A stretch of DNA of 63,617 nucleotides, the filler included, from Reticulomyxa filosa (lineage: Eukaryota > Protista > Foraminifera): NCBI GenBank assembly GCA_000512085.1. It is 23 parts of 23 records of this genome, joined end to end, with 100 filler letters (N's around TTAATTAATTAA, not from the genome) between each part and the next. Parts side by side here need not be neighbours in the genome. Positions count along the whole stretch, not along the records: positions 25,121 to 28,998 come from ASPP01018601.1; positions 29,099 to 31,077 come from ASPP01045178.1; positions 31,178 to 32,260 come from ASPP01013578.1; positions 32,361 to 34,702 come from ASPP01007676.1; positions 34,803 to 38,108 come from ASPP01003857.1; 18 more parts are not named here. The stretch is one strand, 5' to 3'. The position numbers and the translations under genes were made by a program. The notes under the pieces are model-generated. The model did not search any database and was not told the origin of the DNA. It was given only the letters and a program-made list of their open reading frames with translations. Below, piece by piece: positions 26,420 through 38,108 of the stretch. How positions within the stretch are numbered: position 1 is the first letter of the stretch; every line of letters starts with the position of its first letter.

Positions 26420-26889
26420 ACATTACATCTTCCTTGCTCTTTGCTTTTTTTTTTTCCTTTCTTCACTTTCATCAATCAAACATCTCATTTTTCATTGTTT
26501 GTCAAAAATTAGAGGCTCCATTTCCCTTGCTTTTTCTTTCTGTTGAGTTTATTTGATAGTTGTGCCGGTACACATTTTTGTGTATCACTTTATGTTTACT
26601 TTTGTGTTCGTTTCATTGTTTTTCAAGAATTTCATCACATTTCATTGTGTTTATTGAAATGCTCGTTGCACCAAGTGAACATCGCACCGATTTTACATAT
26701 TTTGTCAGTCAAAATTTGACATTTTATATCAGTCAACGGCAACAAATGGTGTGGTTGAGAAATAGCATTTTATAAGTATAGATTATATAATAATTACAGA
26801 TTTATTCCAAAGGTAGTAAAAAAAGTATGAATTATATTACATTTGCCGTTTTTGTGGAAAATTTACTTAAACAATTTAAAGATTTCTTT

Positions 26890-28261
26890 TTAAAAAAACG
26901 TCCCAAACACGAATAGAGCCACGATGTGAACCATAACACAGATTAATACCATAACCACGATTAATATTACTTTTGCCTTTCTTTTTCAATTGCAAAAAAT
27001 TTGAGGCACATTATTCCACTATCATCGTCACATCCTTCAATCAAATGTAACTCACTCTTATTTGATCGAATATCCCAAAAACGAATTGTATTATCAAATG
27101 ATCCAGAACATATAACATTTGAACTTACCACTAAATTCACTATTGCCTACTGCAAATTGTGGATATCCAACAGTATACACATAACTTGTGTGCCCATTGA
27201 ATACTTGAATTTGTTGACCGGATCGAATATCTCACAAGCGAACACTGTTATCTTTTGATCCAGACAATATTGTATTTGCATTACCAACAATTCCATCTGA
27301 TGCATATTTTACGCTAGTAACCCAAGCTTCATGACCTTCAAATGCAATCAATTGCTTCTTTGCTTCAATATCCCATATTTGAATGGTTTTATCCCATGAC
27401 CCAGAACAAATTGTATATCCATTACCACCTGTCAAACCAATAGTATTATCTTTATTACTATTTTTGCTGCTACGCAATGGTGAAAAATCAACACATTGAA
27501 CACCGCCTTTATGTCCATTAAAAACATGACACAATTTGGATGCTTCAACATCCCATAAACGAATAGTTGAATCACATGATACAGAACGCAAATATTGGCC
27601 GCCATTAAATTTTGAGAATTCAATTCCAAAAACATAACTCCTGTGTCCTTTATATATTTGCAATTGTTGGTTATTTCTGATATCCCAAAAACAAATTGTT
27701 TTGTCATAAGATGCAGAACAAATGACATGACGGTTATAATGATAATGATATGGTGAAAATCTCACACCACACAGGACCTGAATGTTTATAGGATAATTGA
27801 ATTGGCTCCTTTGAATCTACGTCATGTACATAAACTGTTGAATCGTATGATCCAGAACAAATGAGTTGATTACCATCCAATGTTGAATAATCAATACTAT
27901 TTACAGGCCAAGAGTGCCTGCTAAATGTTTGGAGTAGTTTAGGTGACGAACGAAACGTATCAAACATGAAAGAAGTAGCCTGATTAATAGTGATAACGAA
28001 TATGCAAATAATATTTGTTTGCCATTATTGAATGAAAAACTAAAAACGTAACATATTTGACAACAATTTTGTCAAACTCTAGGATCCAACCTACTTTTAT
28101 ATTCAATATTCGAATCCAATGTTGAATAATTAATTGGATATCTTCTTCTAACTGACTCAGACACAGTAAATACAACGAACATAGGAGGCAAGCGTTTGAA
28201 GATTTGAAAGAAAACTTACTATATATGTTGATGCTACTTTTTTACTGAGAGATGTGCCCAT
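26890..28261 (-). pseudogene. WD40-repeat pseudogene (MFDTFRSS.KL subfamily) with N-terminal HWIR exon
   Basis: Many GH...V....S....ICSGS.D.T+.+WD units. Frameshift near 27765 and a TGG>TGA stop at 27232 (VRL*DIRS). Confidence 0.85.
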
Positions 28262-29098
28262 TTTTTCTCAATTTCTGTTATCCTCTTAGATGATGTAAAA
28301 TGAAAATTTTTTTAAAGGGGCTGTCAAAACTACTTTAAAGATTGAAGAATTTGTGATAATATGTTTTTGTACATTGCAAATACAAAGAATTACAACACAA
28401 TATATCGATACATTGGCCAGACTATTTGCAATGGATTTTGACCGTTTAGAAATAGTCCAAAAGAGTTATTTTAAAAGCAAAGTAAAACATAGACTAAAAC
28501 GCAATTTTTTAAAAAACATCAAAACTAAAAAAAGTCAAAATAAAGTAAAAGCAAACATTTCATATTTGCATAAATTAATAATAAAATATTTGCACAATAC
28601 AATTAAACAGTGCACATTTAAAAAAAAAGGAAAGAAAAGAAAAAAACGTTCCAACTTTGTTAACTTTCATTAGAGCGAGGTTTGACTGGACATACTAAAA
28701 CTTACTTTGTGCTTTAATTTATTGAATTATTTTTCTTTTGTTGTTTATTTTGTGCATAAATGATTATTTATTGTTTTAAAATAAAATAACACTAAAGTTG
28801 CAGCACTCACCGAAGAGCAAAAAAAGTAGGTTCAAGGGACAATCCCTTTGCAATGTACCCTCTCCTAGACAAGCAAATGAAGACCGACGAAGTTACAAAC
28901 AAGAGCGTCGGCGAATTGTGCCAAGTCCAGTGCCAGAAAAAGTTCTGTCCAAATGTGTCAAATATTCAAGCGTCAGTTGTAAACGGAGCGCAGGGCCCNN
29001 NNNNNNNNNNNNNNNNNNNNNNNNNNNNNNNNNNNNNNNNNNTTAATTAATTAANNNNNNNNNNNNNNNNNNNNNNNNNNNNNNNNNNNNNNNNNNNN

Positions 29099-29560
29099 TT
29101 TCCCTAAAAAAATTCTACATGACTATTTTGGTTGAAGTGCATAATTCCGACAAAGAAAACAAGATGAAAGAGTTTGATGCTTTATTTTATATTTTATTGT
29201 TTACATTAGTATTTTTGAATAATAGATAATAACAATGGTGATTATACACAGTAATGCCACTTGAAGTATTTTTTATATTGATAACACATATATTGATACA
29301 TATTTTGTATTTCTTTGTTTGAAATAATGAATAGAAACAAGAACAAGAAAATACAGTGAATGAAACTAATGACAATAACAAGATTGTACCAAAGAAAATG
29401 AAAAAAGCAGAAATTGGAGGAACCAATCTACAAGGGTATTGCGGCAATGAAATTTGTTTGGTATCAAAGATAAAATTATCAGTTTGTGTGAATATTGAAT
29501 TTGGTAATATTACATAATAAATCTTTTAGTTGTCAACAATTAATTTAATTGTTTATATCT
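29099..29560 (+). pseudogene. Remnant of a repeated family with a G.NLQGYC.N..C motif; paralog of 36420-36975
   Basis: Exon ~29334-29517 translates KQEQENTVNE...EIGGTNLQGYCGNEICLVSKIKLSVCVNIEFGNIT*. The DNA aligns by eye with the reverse complement of 36420-36975. Confidence 0.6.
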
Positions 29561-30017
29561 TATTCCAAAATATTATAATGAATTAAATCATTTCTCAAGT
29601 CAATAAAGAGATAATGGATGTTATTTATAAAAATATTTCATAAAATATTGTACATATTTAATTGCATTAATATTGCAAAAATCCTCTTCACAATGGTTTT
29701 ATCTTTTATTTTAGGTGGTTTTACTACTGTTGTCAGATATTTTTGTAACTCATGCACCAAATCTATTACTATATAACTACCTTTTTGGAATAATCATTGC
29801 ATATATTGTTATCATTTAGTTCCTTTTATTTTATGAAAATGACAAATATATCAATAAAATACATATTCTCTTTATGCAGAAGTTATTTTTAAAAAAAGTT
29901 GATAAATTTCATAATTATGATACTAACACAAATGAAAAAATTTAAAGAAGATATTATTTAGATAAATTTTAATTTAGTCTCTTTATGGAAAAATTGATTA
30001 TTTCTATATATCAATAT

Positions 30018-31077
30018 TTATTTCATTCTATTGTATTTTATAATAATTTGATCAAAATCATATATCCATCCAAATTTTATTTCTGAAGTTCGAATCCAAT
30101 ATTGAATAATATATTTCATTTCATGTTTTGACTGTTTATTATTTATTATTTATCAACTAGTTTCACACAATACAATTTATTTGTGTTTCGTCAAAATAAA
30201 TAAATAATAAATAAACAAATCATTACCAACTGTGAAGAATCCCATACATTCACTTTTGTCTTCATGTGAGTTGATAAGAAGGCATTTTTATCATTTTGTC
30301 CTCCAATAATATGTATATCATTGTCTTCTTCACTCAATATTGCAACGCATTTATATAATGAATTGGGTAAAGTATTTTGAAATGCCATCCATTTGTTTTC
30401 TCGAATTGAATATTTATATACTAATTTTGAAATAGTCCATTTTTTACCATTCCAACCATATCCACCAAAAAATAAAATGATATCATTGATACATACATAT
30501 GCATATTGATAAAATGATGCAATGTTATCATAAACAGATAGTTGATGAAATTGAAAAGTGTTATTATATTCATCATATTCAATTGATAATCCTGTCTTAA
30601 AACAAAATAACAACATTTGATAATTTTGTTTATTTTTTTTTGTTCTTGTACATTTTCTGAATTTGATACAAAGCAATGATAATATATTAAATTACCAGTT
30701 GGTAATTTATCATGTTTAATATATTGAAATGTATTTAAATCAAACACACTAATATTTTTATAAAGATAAGTGATAAATAATAAATGATTGTTGCTTCCAC
30801 CAATCACTGCACGTACTCCTTGATAAAAATGATTTTCATCTCTTCCAATGATAATTGGACGATTACGATTGTCTGTGAAAGGAATCCATTCATTACAATT
30901 TTTTGATATATTACTCCAAACACTTATATATTTCATCACCAATGTATGTTTCTTTGTATATGCAGATCCACCAAAAGACAATAAAGTGATTTGATTTCTG
31001 TCTTTGTTATTGTTATCTACTAGTTTCACTACACAATGTCCATCTAATTCAATATGACTTGGATATTCACAAATAAA
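30018..31077 (-). CDS. Kelch-like beta-propeller protein (5'-partial, frameshift near 30650) with C-terminal YWIR..GWI exon
   Basis: ITLLSFGG, GVRAVIGGSNNHLLFITY, IILFFGGYG, YKYSIRENKW, IHIIGG. Intron 30226-30132, last exon SKHEMKYIIQYWIRTSEIKFGWIYDFDQIIIKYNRMK*. Confidence 0.8.
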
Positions 31078-31229
31078 NNNNNNNNNNNNNNNNNNNNNNN
31101 NNNNNNNNNNNNNNNNNNNNNTTAATTAATTAANNNNNNNNNNNNNNNNNNNNNNNNNNNNNNNNNNNNNNNNNNNNATACATACATACATATTTACTTA
31201 CATATATGTATATGTGTATGACTTTGAAC

Positions 31230-32260
31230 AGGAAATGGGAGACTTCACTGGCAGAACAAAATCTGCGCAATGAGGTATCGCTCCGCGACACCAAGTTGGA
31301 ACACTTGGAATCGCATTTGCAACAAAAAGGCAAAGAAGTGCAAGAGCTGAAAGAAAACTTGCGTTCGATGGAAACAAAGTTGGATGAGGCCAAAGTAAAA
31401 TGCGATTCACTTTCTCAACTCAATGCTCGTTTGGAAGTCCAGCTTAAAAATTTTGAGTCACAAAATGAATCAGTTTCGTTGTCACACACACACACACACA
31501 CACAGACATATGCATACACAAACATAAGAGAGGACATATACATAAATATATAAATATATATATATATGTATATGTATATATGTACATATATATATATATT
31601 ATCTTTGTACAGCTGCAACATAGCGTGGAAGAACAGAAGACGGAAATAAAATCCCTTCGCGAGTCTATTGACACGTTGAAAAACAAGCACGAAACCACGG
31701 CCGCACACAAGTATCGCGCGTCGGCACAAGAAGAACTGGTGAGTTCATTGAAAACGAGGAACGCGTCATTGGAGGGCAAGTTGGAGGAGTTGCAAGAGAA
31801 AGTAGCGACATTGAAAGCAGAAATAGCACGCATGCAGGCGGAAAAGGCCACGCTCGACGATCGATTCGAGACACTGAGTCAGTCGACGCAATCGAAGCTG
31901 ACGCAGATCGAGCGTCTTCAGGACATGGTCAACGAGTCGCATCAAAGAGAGTCGAGTCTGCAGCTCAAGCTCAACAGTGCACAGATGGAAATGGAAAAGC
32001 TGCGTTTGACGTTGGAACAGTGGCAGGGCAAGTATGCGCAGCTCGAAAAAGGACGGAAAGAGGGTGCGGACAAGGACGAGTTCTTACAGCGAAGCACCGA
32101 TCTGTTGAAAGAAAAGTCATTTTTAAAGTTTGGAGTAGATCGCTTGCGAAAGAAGAGTGTGTCGAAAAAGGACATTGTCGATGAGCTTTTTGATGTGAAC
32201 ATGCATGGCGAAGAGTTGGAACCGAAAGGGTTTGAATTCCGGGTTTTTAAAAACCCGGAA
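31230..32260 (+). CDS. Long coiled-coil protein fragment
   Basis: Continuous heptad E/K/L/Q-rich frames 31206-31470 and 31613-32260, separated by a CA/TA-repeat intron. Confidence 0.65.
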
Positions 32261-32360
32261 NNNNNNNNNNNNNNNNNNNNNNNNNNNNNNNNNNNNNNNN
32301 NNNNTTAATTAATTAANNNNNNNNNNNNNNNNNNNNNNNNNNNNNNNNNNNNNNNNNNNN

Positions 32361-32988
32361 CCGACGTACAGCAACACCGGCGTCTCGCTGCCAAAGCCGT
32401 ACTGCTGGCGCAGGGCATCGCGTTGGGCACGCGCGTCCTGCGGATTGAAAACGCGGTGTCGATGCCGTTGTAGATGACGTGGCAACGCTCGGCCGGCAGG
32501 CCGGTGTATTGCATGACGTCGCGCTTCACCATCTCGGAAATGCATACCACGCCGCGAAACGCCGGGTCGCGGTACATGCGTTGCTCCATCGCCCGCATAT
32601 AGTGGTGATAAGGGTTCAGCGCCATCGATACGCGCGCGGCCAAGCCACCACGCTGGCGCCGCACGTCCAGCCAGGCGGCGTGTACACCGTCGTCGGCACG
32701 GTAAACATGGCAGCCGGGAATGCGCTCGTGCGATAGCACCAGGTCGGCCGGCAACTGCTGCCAGACGCGGCGGGCGGCACGGGCAAAGCCCCAGTCGCGC
32801 CACACACTACCCAGATAAAACGGGTTGACGCTGCGCGCCTCGATGCCGGGCACGGGCTCCCAACGGCGGTTGATCAGCACCGGTTGCAGGGCCTGCTGCC
32901 CTTGCAGCTGGCGCAGGATGGCACTGACCACGCGCTCGGCACCGCCGGCGGGGTTGAATTTCTGCCGGATGATGGCGAGGTAAGTCAT
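32361..32988 (-). CDS. Bacterial GT4 LPS core glycosyltransferase (WaaG/RfaG-like), 3'-partial
   Basis: MTYLAIIRQKFNPAGGAER...SHERIPGCHVYRADDGVHAAWL...CISEMVKRD...HVIYNGID. ATGA overlap with the upstream gene. Apparent 1-nt indel near 32450. Confidence 0.85.
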
Positions 32989-34067
32989 CGGCCTTGCTCC
33001 TGCAGGCTGTCGTAGGCGGCCAGCACCTGCTGCACGCTGATCTTTTCCAGGCATTCGCTGCGCCAGCCGCCACCACAGCCGGCGTTGCCGCACGGGCGAC
33101 ACGGCACGGTGGCGGCCACGACGCGGTGCGGTACTTGCCACGGGCCCCACTCGATATCGCCAGACGGGCCGAACAGTGCCACACACGGCGTCTGTACGGC
33201 AGCGGCCAGGTGCATCGGTACCGAATCCACCCCGATGTAACACTTTGCGCCCGCAATGGCCGCGGCCAACTCCTTCAGGCTGAGCTGGCCGGCCAGGCTG
33301 GCCACCGGGTGTTGCAACTGGCCGGTAATGTCGGCCAGCATGGCCAGCTCGTCGGCGCTGGGCGCAGCCGTCAGCAAGATGCGTTCGCCACGGGCACTCA
33401 GGATATCGATCAGCGCCGCCATCTGGGCCGGCGGCCAACTCTTGAACAGCCAGCGCGAGGTGGGGTGCACCAGAACGTAGCCGTCGCGCTGCAAGCCCAG
33501 GGCCTGCAACTTGGCGGTCAGCGATGCCTCGGCCGCGTCACCGGGCACGATGTGCAGCGCCCGCTGTGCCGGCGTGGCGTAAATGCCGATGCGGCGCAAC
33601 GCATCGAGGTGGATTTCCACGGTATGCCTACGGTTGCCCGGCACCTGCAGATAGCGGTGGGTAAAGCTCTTGCGGAAGAAGCGGCCATACGGGCCATCGG
33701 GCCCGACCGACCAGCGCGGCTGCAGCAGGCGCGCCAGCCAAGCGCCACGGTTATGCTCGGTGAGCGTGATGACCAGGTCGTAGCGGCGCGCCTTCAGCGT
33801 GGCCAGCAGGCGCCACTCGGCACGCAACTGGCCCAGCGGCCCCAGCTTCTTCCACTGGCGGTCGATGGTGTGCAGCTGCGACAGCCCCGGGTGACCGGAC
33901 AGCATCTCGCGCGTGTCGTGGTACACCAGCGCGTCCACTTCGGCATGCGGCAGCTGTGCCTGTAGCGTGGTCAGCAACGGCGAGGTCAATAGCACGTCGC
34001 CGTGGTGGCGCAGCTTGATCAGCAATACGCGGCGCACGGCCGACGGGTCGATGGCATCTGTGAGCAT
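32985..34067 (-). CDS. waaQ: Bacterial LPS heptosyltransferase III (GT9)
   Basis: RRVLLIKLRHHGDVLLTSP, HPTSRWLFKSW, GVDSVPMHLAAAVQTPCVALFGPS...WGPW. Confidence 0.9.
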   Translation of the reverse strand: MLTDAIDPSAVRRVLLIKLRHHGDVLLTSPLLTTLQAQLPHAEVDALVYHDTREMLSGHPGLSQLHTIDRQWKKLGPLGQLRAEWRLLATLKARRYDLVITLTEHNRGAWLARLLQPRWSVGPDGPYGRFFRKSFTHRYLQVPGNRRHTVEIHLDALRRIGIYATPAQRALHIVPGDAAEASLTAKLQALGLQRDGYVLVHPTSRWLFKSWPPAQMAALIDILSARGERILLTAAPSADELAMLADITGQLQHPVASLAGQLSLKELAAAIAGAKCYIGVDSVPMHLAAAVQTPCVALFGPSGDIEWGPWQVPHRVVAATVPCRPCGNAGCGGGWRSECLEKISVQQVLAAYDSLQEQGR

Positions 34068-34085
34068 GAAAAGAAAAAAGCCGGA

Positions 34086-34702
34086 TCAGGCGTCCGGCCC
34101 GGCATTCAGTTGTTGCAACAAGTCTGCGATTCTATCAGGGTCTTCGCTGCGCAGGATACGCGCCACCAGCGGTGACAGCGTGTCAAGGTGACTGTTGAGC
34201 ACATTCTGCTTCACGGTCAGCAGATTGGCCGGGTGCATGGAGAAGCGGCGCAGGCCCATGCCCAGCAGCAAGCGGGTCAGGCGCTCGTCGCCAGCCATTT
34301 CGCCGCACACCGACACCTGCACCCCGGCCTTGGTGGCCGTCTTGATGGTATGCGAAATCAGCTTCAGCACCGCCGGGTGCACCGGGTCGTACAGATGGCT
34401 GACCGAGTCGTCGTTGCGGTCCACCGCCAGCGTGTACTGGATCAGGTCGTTGGTACCGATCGACAGGAAATCCACGTGCTTGACGAAGCTACCCACCACC
34501 AGCGCGGCGGACGGGATCTCGATCATGGCGCCCACTTCCACTTCCTCGGCAAAGGCCACGCCTTCCTCGCGCAGCTCCTTACGGGCGTAGTCCAGCTGCG
34601 CCAACGCCTGCTTCAGTTCGCCCAGACTGTTGATCATCGGGAACAGGATGCGGATCTTGCCGTAGATGCTGGCGCGCAACAGTGCACGCAACTGGCGCGG
34701 AA
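34086..34702 (-). CDS. ptsI: Bacterial PTS enzyme I (PEP-protein phosphotransferase), C-terminal part
   Basis: QLRALLRAS, GAMIEIPSAA, FLSIGTNDLIQYTLAVDR, VSVCGEMAGD, LLLGMGLRRFSM. Confidence 0.95.
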
Positions 34703-34802
34703 NNNNNNNNNNNNNNNNNNNNNNNNNNNNNNNNNNNNNNNNNNNNTTAATTAATTAANNNNNNNNNNNNNNNNNNNNNNNNNNNNNNNNNNNNNNNNNN
34801 NN

Positions 34803-35755
34803 TTTTCATGTCCTTTGAATACATTGAATTGTTTTGTTGTTTCAATATCCCATATTCGAATGGTTTTATCATCTGATCCAGAACAAATTGTATATCCATT
34901 TCCACCAATCACACCAATATTATTCATTTTATTATTATTATCATTGTTATTATTGCTTTGTAATGGCGAAATATCAACACACCGAACATAATCTTCATGT
35001 CCATTGAAAATATGTAATGATTTTGATGTTTCAACATCCCATAAACGAATTTGTCACCAGACCCAAAACATAAATATCTACCACCATTAAATGGTGAAAA
35101 TTCAATTCCATAAAAACTATTCAGGTGTCCATTGAATTTTTGTAATTGTTTATTATGTTTGAAATCCCAAAAACGAATTGTTTTGTCAGCTGATGAAGAA
35201 CAAATGACATGCTGACAATAATTATGATAATAATATAGTGAAAATTTCACACAATACACATTACCTAAATGTCCATTGAATGATTGAATTTGTTTGTTGT
35301 TATCAACATCCCATACACGAACTGTGTTATCAGTTGATCCAGAACAAGTGAATTGACAACCATCAAATGTTGAATAATCAATACTCCGCACAGTGTCAGT
35401 ATGTCCAATAAATGTATTGATTAACTTGGATGATGAGCGAAATGTTTCAAACATGATGACAGTAGATATCTATTTAAATATTTGAATATTTTGATTGGTA
35501 TTTTAAAAAAATAATAAATGAACTAACATAATTGACAACAAGCTCGTCAAACTCATGAATCCATCCTAGTTTAATTTTTAATATTCGAATCCAATGTCGT
35601 ACGATTACTTGAATCTTTTCTTCTTCAGACTGTTTGAATTACAAATTACATACTATAAATAAAACAATAAAAAAATAAACTTTCTAAAAGCTTGTAATAA
35701 AGCTTACCAACTCTATTTGAGCTGAAGTTTGCTTCTCATTGCTAAGGGTTGTCAT
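34803..35755 (-). pseudogene. WD40-repeat gene or pseudogene (MFETFRSSSKL subfamily), 3'-partial, frameshift near 35050
   Basis: ATG 35755 MTTLSNEK, exon 35629-35528 SEEEKIQVIVRHWIRILKIKLGWIHEFDELVVNY, then GHTDTVRSIDYS...WD units. Paralog of 26890-28261. Confidence 0.85.
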
Positions 35756-36419
35756 TTTGTTTTTTGCTTAAGATTGTTTTTGATGATGTAAAATGGAACT
35801 TTTTTCTCAAGGGTAATGAAAGGGGTTTACAAAAATATTTTTGGCAACGTGAAATAGGATTTTGACAATACATGTAATTGTTTTTTCGATAAGGACAAGA
35901 AATTTTTTAAAATTTGTACAAAACTGAGTATACACGTTTATCACAATTTTTTAAAAGATTTTCAACAAAAACTTTGAAAATAGTGTTTTGTAGTTCTCGA
36001 AGAACGTTTGAAAAAAAAAAGGAATTTTGATGTTGAAACAAAAAGTGTAATTTAACATAACTTTTATAGACTTTGCATGTGTTTGTTTTTAAATTGATTA
36101 TTGCTTCGCTAAGCTTGAAGAGTAAACATTTGAATATTCGACTTTGAAACATTAAACCTGTGTAAACATAAATTTCATAAATGATATGCTTAAAAGACAT
36201 TTAATGGTTAATATTTCTTTAGATGATAACACAACTCTTGGAATGCAACAATTTGTAGTAAAGGCCATTGTGAAGAGTATTTTTACAACATTAATGTGAT
36301 TAAATAACAATATGTTATCAAATAAACACAAATGAAATATTTTTACAAATGATATTCATTATATCTCTTTATTGGCTTGTCTCATTTGCAAAACTTGAGA
36401 AATAATTTAATTCGTTATA

Positions 36420-36975
36420 ATATTTTGGTAATAATGTACAAACAATTAAATTAATTGTTGATTTTTTTACTGAAATGAATGCAATATTATCAAATTTAAT
36501 ATTCACACTGATAATTTGATTGATACCAAACAGACTTCATTGCTGCAATACCATTGTAGATTAATTCCTCCAATTTCTGCTTTTTTCATTTCCTTTTGTA
36601 CAATCTTATTATTGCCATTAGTTTCATTCATTATATTTTCTTGTTCTTGTTTCATTCATTATTTCAAACAAAGAGATACAAAATATGTATCAATAATGAA
36701 TTTGTGTTCTTCAGTTCATTGGTTTTGATTTTTGATTTTAATTTGTTTTATATAATCTTATGTGTTATCAATATAAAAAATATTCCAAGTGGCATTCCGG
36801 TGTATAATCACCATTTGTCACTATCTATCAAAAAAAAATAACAGAATACAGAGTTTCTCCTTTTCTATTATTCAAAAATAATAAAATATAAAATAGAACA
36901 TTAAATTCTTTCATCTTGTTTTCTTTATCAAAATTACGCATTTCAACCAAAAATAGTGTAGAATTTTTTTTAGTT
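36420..36975 (-). repeat. Second, inverted copy of the element at 29099-29560
   Basis: Near-identical blocks in both copies, e.g. AAAGAAAACAAGATGAAAGA, AATGGTGATTATACAC, AAAAAAGCAGAAATTGGAGGAA. Confidence 0.85.
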
Positions 36976-37033
36976 TAAACGTAGTCTGTTTAAGGGGGAC
37001 TCAAAAGTTGAATTGTGAAAAGTTAATGAAAGA

Positions 37034-38108
37034 ATGAGTACCACTGCTACAAAAAAAAAAAGACTACATCATCTTTGGTAAGTTTTCTTCTCTTGAATCG
37101 AAGCAAGACGACTAAGACGACTTAACAAAATAAAAGACAGACAAAAACGATAAAGAAAATAATTGAAAATTGGCTTCGAAATGAAAATGTAAAATCAGGA
37201 TGGATCAGCGATTTTAACAAATTTGTTTTTAAATATGTTAAGTGCCATTTTAAAAAAAAAATTCAAATTTGAACAATTTATTCGTTATTCGTTATCACAA
37301 ATTTCTTCAATGAAATAGGCCAGCCCTTTTAAATTGTTGCGAACATTAAAATATGGTTACCTCGTATATAATATAAGATTTTTATCAGATGGTTGTAAGA
37401 TTATTTCAGCGACAGTTGATGGAGCAGTTAACGTCTGGGATATCAAGTCAGGGAAACAACATCAGCTATATCTAAACTTTGATGACAAATGCTATATTGC
37501 AAACTTTGCACCTGATGGAAATACATTTGTCGTGGGCTCTCAGAAAAGCACCTTCGATTGTTGAACTTGAAAGAGACACAATGCGAGAATTAAAAGGGCA
37601 TTATAAGGAAATACATGATGCAAGCTTTTCTCCAGACGGTAAATACCTTGCATCAGGTTCAAATGACAAAACTATACGAATATGGGATGTGAATTCTGGA
37701 AAAGAGATACACAAAATGAGTCATAAGCGCACGGTACAGAGTGTGCAATTTTCACATGATGGCCGAATGATCGTCTCGGGTTCTGCTGATCGTATGGTTG
37801 CTATATGGGATGTAATATTAGGTAAACGATTGAAAGTGTTTGATAAACATAAGGACGAGGTATATCGTGCAAGGTTTTCTCCAGATGACAAATTTATTGT
37901 CTCAGGCTCCGCTGATAAAACAATTCGAATCTGGGATGTGGAGTCAGGGGAGCAATTAAAAATATACAAAGATTTAGATATGGTATATGATGTGAAATAT
38001 TTTTCAGACGGCAAAACTATTGTATCTTGTGGAATGGGAACAACCATTTGTTTATGGGATGTAAAATCGGGAAAAGAAATAAAAAGATTAAAATCTCATT
38101 CTGATGCG
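37034..38108 (+). CDS. WD40-repeat protein (FSPDG subfamily), 3'-partial, one frameshift near 37550, N-terminal NWLR..GWI exon
   Basis: Exon 37141-37236 TKTIKKIIENWLRNENVKSGWISDFNKFVFKY, then LKGH...FSPDGKYLASGSNDKTIRIWD repeats. Confidence 0.85.

Noticed and set aside
32994-33965. Long + strand ORFs opposite waaQ and ptsI
   Set aside because: Antisense shadow ORFs of GC-rich genes.
32361-34702. Horizontal transfer of LPS genes into the eukaryote
   Set aside because: No host flanks, no introns, no compositional amelioration.
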